From NCBI GenBank assembly GCA_964019335.1, contig OZ025667.1, positions 664,273-728,272 of the forward strand: 64,000 nucleotides of DNA. Direction: 5' to 3'. Under the pieces are notes generated by a model. The model was not told the origin of the DNA. It worked only from the letters and a program-made list of their open reading frames with translations, and searched no databases. The translations under genes were made by a program, and so were the position numbers. Shown here in pieces: positions 43,779 to 53,920 of this stretch. How positions within the stretch are numbered: position 1 is the first letter of the stretch; each line of letters begins with the position of its first letter. The stretch is from Diplonema japonicum (Eukaryota > Protista > Euglenozoa: Diplonemea).

Positions 43779-46499
43779 ATGAATCTCTTCCCAAGAAAAT
43801 ATAAAGATCGGGTGATGTTCCCCGAGAACCGGTTGGAGGTGCTCGACGAAGGGACCAAAGTGCCGAGTCCTGGCAGCCAAGGTACGAGGACACACAAAAC
43901 AGGTCACGAGGCGCAACGGAAGGAAAGCGCCGTAGCAAGCCCAAAAGGCGAAATACTGGATAACAGGGACCCAGAACACCACGAGGACCATGGAAAGGGA
44001 GGAAGCAAGAGAAAGGTGTATCTGACAACAGTGAAAAAAGACCAGCCCTTGAAAAGGCACACGAGGGATCTGACGAAGTCCCGACAGGGCGACAAACGGG
44101 ACCGAGAAAAAAGAGTGAAAGAAGAGCGCGACCCTGTAGAAGAATGCGCGCACACCACAGCCAGCTACAACACACTACTGGGGAACTCCGTGAAGAAACC
44201 GAAAGAAGAACGGCGGCACATCGCGATAAGGGTCGTGTCTCGTATGAGTGCGAACTGTGTACCAATGGACAACGCTACCTACAACAAGCTCCTGTATCTA
44301 CTCATGGACTCCGCAGACGATGAATGCCTTCAGATATACAGGCAGATGAAGGAAAGCGCTTCGCGTGAGGATTCTACCGTCCGCCCCGACCTCCAGACAT
44401 TTAAGTGTTTAATGCGTCATTGTGAACGGTCAGAATGTCTGCCGAAAGCGTTCCAATTGTTCCAGGAGATGAAGGTGCTGTATGGGATCCAGCCCGATGT
44501 GAATATGTATAATATCATGTTGGGGTTTTGTGTACTGAAGCGGGACGAGCAGCAAGCGTCGCAGTTGTTTGATGAGATGAAGGAACAGAAGGTGCAGCCG
44601 AACGTCCACACGTACAATTGTCTGATGAACGTGTTCTCGGAGTCGCCCGCCGAGCTCCTGCAGCAAATGTTCGAAGACATGTTGAAGCAGCGGATCCAAC
44701 CAAACCTCAGAACCTACAACACACTGATGCGGTCATGCCAACGTGTGGACGACTACGACAAGGCCTTCAAACTCTTCGAGGAACTGAAAGGCGAAGCACT
44801 TCAACCGGACGTCGTCACCTACAACATCCTCATCGACATGTGCCGTGAAAGGCTGGACTACGTCCAAGGCGACAGACAATCCGCGGTCAACAGGCGCAGC
44901 AAAGAACAACAAGAATCCGGGATGCGTGCCATCGCCGTTCTATCCCTGTCGCTTTTTAACGAGATGGACGAGAAGGAAATCCGACCGAACAGCTTCACGT
45001 ACAACGCTCTGATGGGTGTTCTAGCACGCTGTGCAGACCTTCGCATATTCACAGTGTTCCGAGCGATGAAAGAAGACGCTAGAGAAGAAGAAGAAGACCG
45101 TGCAAAACTGCAAGGTTTGTTAAACGACGGTGATCTCCAAGACCCCGAAGGTGCACTGGTTCTCGCCGGCCTGGGGAATCTCGACAGCAACGTTCTAATC
45201 GATGACAAATCGGGCACCGCGCTGCGTGGACACTACCAACGCCTCCTCACGGGTGATGAGCATCTGTCGAGACAATCGGCATTTGGCGTGAAGCCCGACA
45301 TGATGACCTACCAGACGCTCATTGTCGCAGCGGACCGCATGGGGAAGGCAGACACCGCCTTCGAGATCTTCGACGAAATGAAGGAAGCCGGGATCCAACC
45401 CGACCTAGCAACGTACATTAAACTGTTGAACGTGTGCGTGCTGAACCACGACACGCAGAAGGCGATCCATCTGTTCGACGAGGCGATCGAGAACAAGATC
45501 ATCCCTGACGTGTCCCTGTACAACGCCTTCATCAACGTCCTAGCAGAGGCGGGCGACGAGCTTATATTCGAAATCTTCAGCCAGTTATCGACATTGTTAC
45601 AGCATTTGAACATCAAACCGAATCAACAGACGTACAACGTGCTGATCAAGGCCTGTACACAGCTTCGGAGGCCGGGGGACCCATCGCCTGATGATGATCT
45701 ACCGACGAATAAGAGCGACATGCAGATTAGGGAGGATTTGATCCGTGAGAGAAACACAGAACGGACCAGGAAAGCGTTTGAAATCTACGAACAAATGTGC
45801 AAACCGACGTCACCCGTGAAGCTAGACGTTGTGACCTACACCACGCTGATGGACGTCTGCGCCATCACAGGCGACACGGAAAAGGCAAGAGAGCTGCTGG
45901 AGGACATGAAACAGCGAGACGTTTCACCAACAATCCTCACGTACAACAAAATGATGAACGTTTTCGTGTCAGCCGACGACGAGTCAATTGTCGAGATCTT
46001 CGACGTTCTCCGTAATGGGTATAAGAAGAAAAAAAAAATTCAACAAAAAAAAAAAAAAAAAAGTGACGAACCAACATTGAACCTGGAGTCCTATACAATC
46101 CTTTTGAACTTCTACGCGAGGAGGCGTGACCCCGCCGTCCTTTCTCTGTTCGACGATATGAAGAAATCCGGAATTGATCCTGATGCTCGGGTCTACAATG
46201 TGATGCTCTCTTATTGTGCCGAGCTGCAGGACAAACGGAAGTCTCTGAAGTTCTTCGAGGAGCTGAAGCTCCGGGAGCTCGCAGCAGATATACACACTTA
46301 CAACGCGCTGATGGCCGTTTTTAGTGAATCTGGCGATGAGCTGATCTTCAAGGTGTTTGAGGAGATGATCGAGAACAACATTACACCCGACAAGACGACC
46401 TTCTCTACTCTGATCAAACAAAAGAAAGGCTTGGACTGCCTTCGCAAAGCAGGGGAGAAGGGCCTCCTCGATCCACACAAGGACGAAAAAGAGGCTTGA
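43779..46499 (+). CDS. Pentatricopeptide repeat (PPR) protein, 2 exons
   Basis: Many PD/PN..TYN.L..A..LFEEMK 35-aa repeats; in-frame 45-nt A-rich intron 46019-46063; start codon uncertain. Confidence 0.9.
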   Translation: MNLFPRKYKDRVMFPENRLEVLDEGTKVPSPGSQGTRTHKTGHEAQRKESAVASPKGEILDNRDPEHHEDHGKGGSKRKVYLTTVKKDQPLKRHTRDLTKSRQGDKRDREKRVKEERDPVEECAHTTASYNTLLGNSVKKPKEERRHIAIRVVSRMSANCVPMDNATYNKLLYLLMDSADDECLQIYRQMKESASREDSTVRPDLQTFKCLMRHCERSECLPKAFQLFQEMKVLYGIQPDVNMYNIMLGFCVLKRDEQQASQLFDEMKEQKVQPNVHTYNCLMNVFSESPAELLQQMFEDMLKQRIQPNLRTYNTLMRSCQRVDDYDKAFKLFEELKGEALQPDVVTYNILIDMCRERLDYVQGDRQSAVNRRSKEQQESGMRAIAVLSLSLFNEMDEKEIRPNSFTYNALMGVLARCADLRIFTVFRAMKEDAREEEEDRAKLQGLLNDGDLQDPEGALVLAGLGNLDSNVLIDDKSGTALRGHYQRLLTGDEHLSRQSAFGVKPDMMTYQTLIVAADRMGKADTAFEIFDEMKEAGIQPDLATYIKLLNVCVLNHDTQKAIHLFDEAIENKIIPDVSLYNAFINVLAEAGDELIFEIFSQLSTLLQHLNIKPNQQTYNVLIKACTQLRRPGDPSPDDDLPTNKSDMQIREDLIRERNTERTRKAFEIYEQMCKPTSPVKLDVVTYTTLMDVCAITGDTEKARELLEDMKQRDVSPTILTYNKMMNVFVSADDESIVEIFDVLRNGYKKKKKIQQKKKKKSDEPTLNLESYTILLNFYARRRDPAVLSLFDDMKKSGIDPDARVYNVMLSYCAELQDKRKSLKFFEELKLRELAADIHTYNALMAVFSESGDELIFKVFEEMIENNITPDKTTFSTLIKQKKGLDCLRKAGEKGLLDPHKDEKEA

Positions 46500-46637
46500 A
46501 GAGGGGGAAAGAAAAACACCCCTTTCGGGGTGCACCAAAATGTGCGAGGAAAGAAAAAGAGAAAAAAAAAGATCAATTTTCTCCATCCCCCTCCCCTTCG
46601 TTGTCTATATTCTAAAGTGCGATTTTTCTTTTCTTTT

Positions 46638-46678
<41 letters not shown>

Positions 46679-46763
46679 TTTGGTTTCTCCCATTTTTTCT
46701 GATGTTCCACGAGGGGGGGAAAAAAAAAGAAAGAAACTCAACAACCTCAACAGATAGGATTAA

Positions 46764-47237
<474 letters not shown>

Positions 47238-47929
47238 AAAGGGGGCGGTAGAAAAAAAAAGATTTTTTTTCTGTTCTGTTTTTTTTTTTCATTTAGCAGT
47301 GTTTTTTAGGGGTCAAAAGAGAAGAGGGGGGGGGGGGGGTGGACTGGCAACGCCTTTTTCCCTTTTTCATCATCAGGCTTTTCTTTTCTTCCCCCCCCCT
47401 TTTATTTTCCTATCCTTTATATTTTTATCTCATTCAACTAAAAGAGTCAGCGGGAATAAAAAAGAAAAAAAATAACTGAATAGGGACAGAGACCTTCGAT
47501 TCTGTGTGTGGGGATGACAGCTCTCCTTCGATAGCCCACCTGCGTCCGGACTCCTAGCGTCGCACTATTCCTCTTCTGTATTTTTTGTTTAGAATTCTTT
47601 CTTCTTTCCATCCTCATTTTTTTTTTCCCTTTCTTTTCTCTCTTTTTCTCTTCTTCAAATTTCTCCCATGGAAAAAAGGGGGGAAGGAAAGTACTTAAAA
47701 AAAAAAAAGTAGAGAAGAAAGTTGAAAGGATTTTACTCAAAGAAAAGAAAGAATAGAAAAACTCCCCGCGTGGTTCCTTCTTTTTCCTTTGCTTGGCTTC
47801 TCCCTCACACCGTCGATTCTCTCCCTTTCCCCCCCCCCTTTTTTTTCTCCCTAGGGCGCCTTCAAATATGCGGACTGACCGACTTACCGACCGACCGACT
47901 GACTGCCATTTACACACTTTAGAAACTAG

Positions 47930-48505
<576 letters not shown>

Positions 48506-48583
48506 AAAAGGAGTAGGTGAATTTTCTGTCATTTATTTTTATTTTTATTTTCCCCCTTTTACTTAAAGCAAAACACATCTTAG

Positions 48584-48937
48584 ATGCTCAGGCTTACACG
48601 GCCTCTAGCAAATATGGCTTCCTGTGCAGTGTGCTATGTGACAGCACCCAGTAAAGAGGTGGGAGAGAAGTTAGCTGAAGGCCTCGTCTCTGAAGGCCTT
48701 GCAGCCTGTGTGAACATCGTGCCGCAAGTGACGAGCGTGTACAAGTGGGAGGGGAAGATCCAAAAAGATGAAGAGACCCTCTTAATGATAAAAACAAAGA
48801 AGCCAGTTGTGAAGGAGTTGATCGAGTGGGTGACCAAAGAGCACCCTTACGACTGCCCGGAGGTCATCTCTACTGACATCGTGGAAGGAGCACCTGGGTA
48901 TCTAGAATTTGTGAGGAGCAACACTAAAGGGGAATGA
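48584..48937 (+). CDS. CUTA: CutA divalent-cation tolerance protein
   Basis: LAACVNIVP..TSVYKWEG, E.LLMIKT, HPYDCPEVI. Confidence 0.93.
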   Translation: MLRLTRPLANMASCAVCYVTAPSKEVGEKLAEGLVSEGLAACVNIVPQVTSVYKWEGKIQKDEETLLMIKTKKPVVKELIEWVTKEHPYDCPEVISTDIVEGAPGYLEFVRSNTKGE

Positions 48938-49067
48938 ATATGTGCAGTGTTTTTTCTCTCTGGACGGGACACCCGAGTATCTTGAGCAACATGTTTTTTA
49001 TTTCTCCCTCTTTTCCCCCACTCCCCTTAAACCACACATAGTGAAAACAAACAGAACAAAACAAAAA

Positions 49068-49444
49068 ATGGGAAAGGGTGGTGGCAAGAAGGGTGGAAAG
49101 GGAGGCAAGAAGGGCGGGAAGGGTGGCAGGGCGATGGAGCCCGATCCGCCTGAAGAGATCGAGGTCGCCGGAACTTTCATGCACTCCGCCGAGGATCAGA
49201 TGATAGCGAAGAGCAGCCACGTGGAGAGGGTATAATCCCCCCCCTTTTTTTTCTTTGATTCTAAAAAAAAATTTTTTTTTTTGTAAGGTACCAATGTTCA
49301 ACACCTATGTGTATAAGCAAAATAAGCAAAAGCTGGGGAAAATCGATGAAATTTTGGGCCAGACAAGAGATGTTCACTTTTCCATTGTCCCCATTTCTGG
49401 TGTTGAGGCTGGCTCGTTCTCCGAGGTGTGTGTGATCTGCAAGA

Positions 49445-49484
<40 letters not shown>

Positions 49485-49664
49485 GACTCGTTTTACATCA
49501 GCACCCAAAAGTTCACCCCTCTTTATAAGTTTGCTGATAACAAGCCTAAGGGAGGCAAGAAGGGTGGTAAGGGTAAGGGTAAGGGTGGCAAGCCCAGCGG
49601 GAAGGGTGGTAAGGGTAAGGGCAAGGGTGGCAAGGGCAAGGGTGGTGGCAAGCCCAGATGGTGA
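49068..49664 (+). CDS. GAR1: H/ACA snoRNP protein GAR1, 3 exons
   Basis: PPEEI..AGTFMH, VPMFN..VY..NK..LGKIDEILG, FYI...K..PL..F. Exons 49068-49229, 49288-49425, 49482-49664. Confidence 0.9.
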
Positions 49665-50123
49665 TCAGAGGGGGGAAAAAAAAAGCAAACCCCTTTCCTT
49701 TCTTTTTGAGTGTGAACCAAGAATGAAAAAAAAAAAAAGCACCCCCTTTCCACCTTCCTCCATGTTTTCTTTTCGGCCTTTCCCCCCCCCTCTTTTTTTT
49801 TAAGTGTTGTTCCTTCCCCTCCCACACAAACCCTCATTCTTGTTCAAAGAACAGGAGAGTAAAAAAGAAAATACATCAATTGAATGGGCGGGAGGCTTTA
49901 TTTTATCAGAAAGGAAGGGAAAAAAAAAACAAAAAAAAAAAAAAAAAAAAAGGAGAAAACCTTAGGACTTGTTGCTTTTAAGATATAAAAAAAAACCATC
50001 AAATACATGAAAAGAAGGAAGAATTTTCTTTTTTTGTTGTTATTCCTCTTCTCTTCTTTCACCCTTTTATTTCACTTCCCCCCTCCATTTTTTTTTTTTT
50101 TTTTGCCCAACCCATAAGCATGT

Positions 50124-50154
<31 letters not shown>

Positions 50155-50336
50155 ACACAACACACACACACGCGCTTCTCTTTTCTGTTTTTTACCCCCC
50201 TTTTTTTCCCATAGTTCATTTTTTATTCAAATTTCTTTTTTTTTTTTTACCTGATATATATATAAAGCACACAGGGGGCCCCATATCCACTAGTCGTTTA
50301 TGGAATTAAAATAAATTTTAAAAAAGAAAAAGAAAA

Positions 50337-51380
50337 ATGTCATATGTCCTCCGCTTACTCGAATCGGCTGTGATTGTAAAGAATAGTGCGGATTACGGAA
50401 CCGCAATAGAAGAGGAGACAGCAAAGGTTCACGGTGGATGTGGGTCGTTGAACCAGGCGGAGAGGTGGCTGACAATGGCCGCCAAGGCGGAACGTGGGAA
50501 GGACTTCGTCGAAAAAAGAGAAGAGGCCGCGAACGCAAAATACAGAAAAATCATCGACGACCTCAAGGCAGAACTCGAAGAGCACAAAAAAACAGCCGCC
50601 AGGCACGAAAGCAAGGTGGCGAAACTTATCGAAGAAAACACATTTGTCAAACACTCAGAACGAGCCATGCTAGCAAAATACAAAACACTGCTAAAAGAGA
50701 CCAAAGGCGCAGACCTTACACCTCTATACACTGAATTTCAAACCCCCGGAGACTGCCAAAAAATCCTAGACGAAAAACTTGCAAAAATTAAAATACTACT
50801 GCGAGGTGTGAAGCAAGACGTAACCGCCGCCGGGTGCCTCGGCCAAACACTATCCATGACCGACATGATAGAGCGGGTCACGCCCCGTCCTGAGACGGTT
50901 TCTGACGAAATGCGAAACACCATCAATAAAATTGCAGTGTGTTTGCATAGCGAAAAAAAGAAGACGATCCCAGAAACATTGCTGTGTGCACTGAAGAAGC
51001 TTCAAGAACAGGAAGTGGCTTCGGTCAAATCGGTGATACGGGAAAGGAAGAAGTCATCTGTCGCCTTCGGCCGGTCCCTCAGCCCCCGCCCTGACACCTC
51101 TGACTTGGAGGTTGTCCTTTCCCGGTATTCGGTAGACTCGCCTCTCGGGTTGCATCTCCGACCTCACGACCTCTTCCTTGAAGCGGTAGACGGCCCTGCC
51201 CTGGACAGCGGGGCCGCACGTTTCCTTAATTTCTACGTGACGCACATCAATGGTGAACCTGTGTCGTCGCTTTCCGATGTCTCGGGGTGTCTCAACGTCT
51301 CGGCTGAGGTCACAGTGCGGTTTTCAAAAATCAGGAAGAGAAAACAAAGCGTCGTTAGCAAAACCCTCCCTAAGATATAA
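50337..51380 (+). CDS. Coiled-coil protein with C-terminal PDZ-like domain
   Basis: N-terminal coiled coil; SPLGLHL...GPA...VTHINGEPV is a PDZ-like signature. Confidence 0.7.
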   Translation: MSYVLRLLESAVIVKNSADYGTAIEEETAKVHGGCGSLNQAERWLTMAAKAERGKDFVEKREEAANAKYRKIIDDLKAELEEHKKTAARHESKVAKLIEENTFVKHSERAMLAKYKTLLKETKGADLTPLYTEFQTPGDCQKILDEKLAKIKILLRGVKQDVTAAGCLGQTLSMTDMIERVTPRPETVSDEMRNTINKIAVCLHSEKKKTIPETLLCALKKLQEQEVASVKSVIRERKKSSVAFGRSLSPRPDTSDLEVVLSRYSVDSPLGLHLRPHDLFLEAVDGPALDSGAARFLNFYVTHINGEPVSSLSDVSGCLNVSAEVTVRFSKIRKRKQSVVSKTLPKI

Positions 51381-51713
51381 GGGGAGGGGATGGGGAGGGA
51401 GGGGGAGGGGAGGGGAAAGCGCATCTCTTGATTGAGGGGCGTTTACGACGTTTTCTTTCCCCCTTCTTTTTTTTTTTTTTTTTTAATAGAGGCAGCTTGT
51501 CCGTTGACCCCTCCCCCCGGTGAAAACGGGCTTGTCTCAAACAATCAGACTTTTCTTTTTTTTTTTTTCTTTTTCCGATGGATGGGCAAACAAAATATCC
51601 ACAAAAAAAAATATTTCCATATTTTTTCCCCCCATTTCATTTTTCTTTTTAAATTCTTTTATCAATAAGTTTGCCTCGTCAGGGTAAAAAAAAAGGAAAA
51701 AAAAAGAGGGAAT

Positions 51714-52082
51714 ATGTTGCGAAACACAATGTGCCTACGAATATTTGGGAATGCGAAGACAGCCCTTGATCTCCGTGTGCAGGAGGCGGAAATACTCAAA
51801 ACCAGTGGAAGGCCTAGGGTGAACGAGTCACCGCAGTCGATCGCCTACCTGCGGAAGAAGGTGGACTACGTGAAAGCAGACTCCTTGGCCCTGAAAAGGC
51901 AGCGCATTATGCTATACAACGAATGGCGAACGTTGCCCGTGTTGAGAAATATTGTGGAAGAAGGGTACCCTTTATATGCTACGAAAATGGTGGATGAAAG
52001 ATTGGCGCAACAGTGCAGAGACAGGGTGGTCGCAAGACGGCGGGTGAAACAACTGAGAGCCGAGAGAGAAATCAGAGAATGA
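51714..52082 (+). CDS. Hypothetical basic protein, possibly mitochondrial
   Basis: ATG after an A-tract, MLR-type presequence, coding-like composition; no recognised domain. Confidence 0.6.
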   Translation: MLRNTMCLRIFGNAKTALDLRVQEAEILKTSGRPRVNESPQSIAYLRKKVDYVKADSLALKRQRIMLYNEWRTLPVLRNIVEEGYPLYATKMVDERLAQQCRDRVVARRRVKQLRAEREIRE

Positions 52083-52199
52083 AAAAAAAAAAAAAAAAAA
52101 AAAGTGTGCTTATATTTTTAAGTGTCTCCCCACCCCCATTTTTTTTTCTTTACCCAACACAACCTGCTCAAAGTATTTAAAAAAAAAAAATTAAAAAAA

Positions 52200-52904
52200 A
52201 TGAAACGAGTAGTGCAAAATACACTGCAATCAACCCCTGTGGGGCAGAAGAGGTACGTGTGGTGGGATCGGTTTGTGAGGAATAACGCAGAAGGGAAATG
52301 GCTGTCGTACGTAGGGCCTACCAATAAGGCAAAATTTATGCCGTACAGCAATGTAGGTAGACATGATCACTTTGGTTACATCCCGAACACCTACGAAATG
52401 GAGGACAGGGCCATGTTCGATAGGAAGACGCTGGAACCTGACAGGATCAGGCCCCCTTGCGCAGAGATACCTGATGTGCAAACATTCCTTGAGCGTGCAG
52501 ATGTGAAGACTGATCTGACGGAGTACTCCGATTCCTTTGAAGATTGGAACGAATTGATGACAATGTCATACATGGAAATGGTCTACAAGAAGGAGATATC
52601 GGCAAAGGCGGCAAAAACAATATTCACCGCCAGAGAGCTCTACAACAACGGCCACGTGTTTCACAAGCGAGACGCGTCGGGGTGGAAAGAATGGGGAAAG
52701 CAACGAGGCAGCACACCACCCTTCCCCGAGAACTACTATCCTCACATGCGGTATGGAATTACACCATTTAATTTTGAAAAAAAATTTTTTTTTTTTCTTT
52801 CTATTCTCAGAATTGCAAAATACCGATCCGTTGTCCAGGAGACACAGAGCACCGGCCACAAGCTGCGCGACTGGGAGAAGCTCAGACAGCAATATTCGAA
52901 ATAA
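52200..52904 (+). CDS. IGR-domain protein, mitoribosomal mS41/Fyv4-like, 2 exons
   Basis: RPPCAEIPDVQTFL...FEDWNELMT resembles the Fyv4/IGR domain; in-frame 60-nt intron 52751-52810. Confidence 0.65.
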   Translation: MKRVVQNTLQSTPVGQKRYVWWDRFVRNNAEGKWLSYVGPTNKAKFMPYSNVGRHDHFGYIPNTYEMEDRAMFDRKTLEPDRIRPPCAEIPDVQTFLERADVKTDLTEYSDSFEDWNELMTMSYMEMVYKKEISAKAAKTIFTARELYNNGHVFHKRDASGWKEWGKQRGSTPPFPENYYPHMRYGITPFNFEKKFFFFLSILRIAKYRSVVQETQSTGHKLRDWEKLRQQYSK

Positions 52905-53029
52905 GGCGAAAGAAAAAGATAAGAACAAAAGAAGTGTCCGTTTTTTTTTTTTTTTTTTTTTTTTACCCCAGGAAAAAAAAAAAAAAAAAAAAAAAGGCTA
53001 CACACAAAAAAAAATAAAATAAGAAAAAA

Positions 53030-53725
53030 ATGTCCCAGGTAGTACGAGGAGGGTTGTGGAATGGGTTCAAGCGAACGCAGAGCATGGCGGGTGTGAGGTG
53101 CTGGCTGCAGGCGCATGATGCTTCGCATGTGAGATACGAGGAGTTCGACAGGAAATGCGAGGAGCTCGGCGTGGAGAAGGAGGCGAGGGAGGGGTTTTTA
53201 CGGGCTCTTGAGCAAAGCGGGTCTGTAGTGTATGCCGATGGGCTGGTGGGGCTACAGGCGGAGCAGGTTTTCGACGATCTGAAAGCACGGGTAGGGGTGA
53301 GGGATGACCACTTCCACGACCAAGAAATCGACCTGCTCGAGAAGGAGCTCGCAGTACTCGATGCAGAAAAAGAAAAAATCGACAAAAAAATAGAAGTCTG
53401 GAGACGCAAGGTCTGGTCACGCACGGCCGCATACTGCGGTGCCCAGATGTGGCTCTTCTCTCGCCTCACCTTCGTCGACTTCGACTGGGACATCATGGAA
53501 CCCATCTCATGGTTTTTCGTGCAGGGTAATGCTGTTCTCTTCTTCGCCTTCCTATGGAAGTACCACAAAGAGCACTCCCTCACAGTGTACGACGAGACAG
53601 TTCTCTCAAAGGTGGCTGTCCATATGTACAAATCCCACTGCTTCGATGTAAGCAGATGGTCGGAGGTCAAAGCTAGACTCGAGGTTATTAAAGCAGAACG
53701 GGCACAGCCTTTAAAAATCTTATAA
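53030..53725 (+). CDS. MCU: Mitochondrial calcium uniporter
   Basis: Coiled coil, TM, WDIMEP selectivity filter, TM. Confidence 0.92.
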   Translation: MSQVVRGGLWNGFKRTQSMAGVRCWLQAHDASHVRYEEFDRKCEELGVEKEAREGFLRALEQSGSVVYADGLVGLQAEQVFDDLKARVGVRDDHFHDQEIDLLEKELAVLDAEKEKIDKKIEVWRRKVWSRTAAYCGAQMWLFSRLTFVDFDWDIMEPISWFFVQGNAVLFFAFLWKYHKEHSLTVYDETVLSKVAVHMYKSHCFDVSRWSEVKARLEVIKAERAQPLKIL

Positions 53726-53920
53726 GGGAGGAAAAAAAAAAAAAAAAAAAAGTGTACCTTTTTCAAAGTGTTTTCCCATACCCCCATTTTCTTTTTGTAT
53801 TATTATGTCTTGTTTCCCGTTTCTCTCCCTCTCCCCCTTTTTTTTTATAATGGTGCGTCCTTTTCTTCTTTTACAATTGAAACAAAAAAGATCGGGGGGG
53901 GGGGGGGGTAGAAACGGAGG

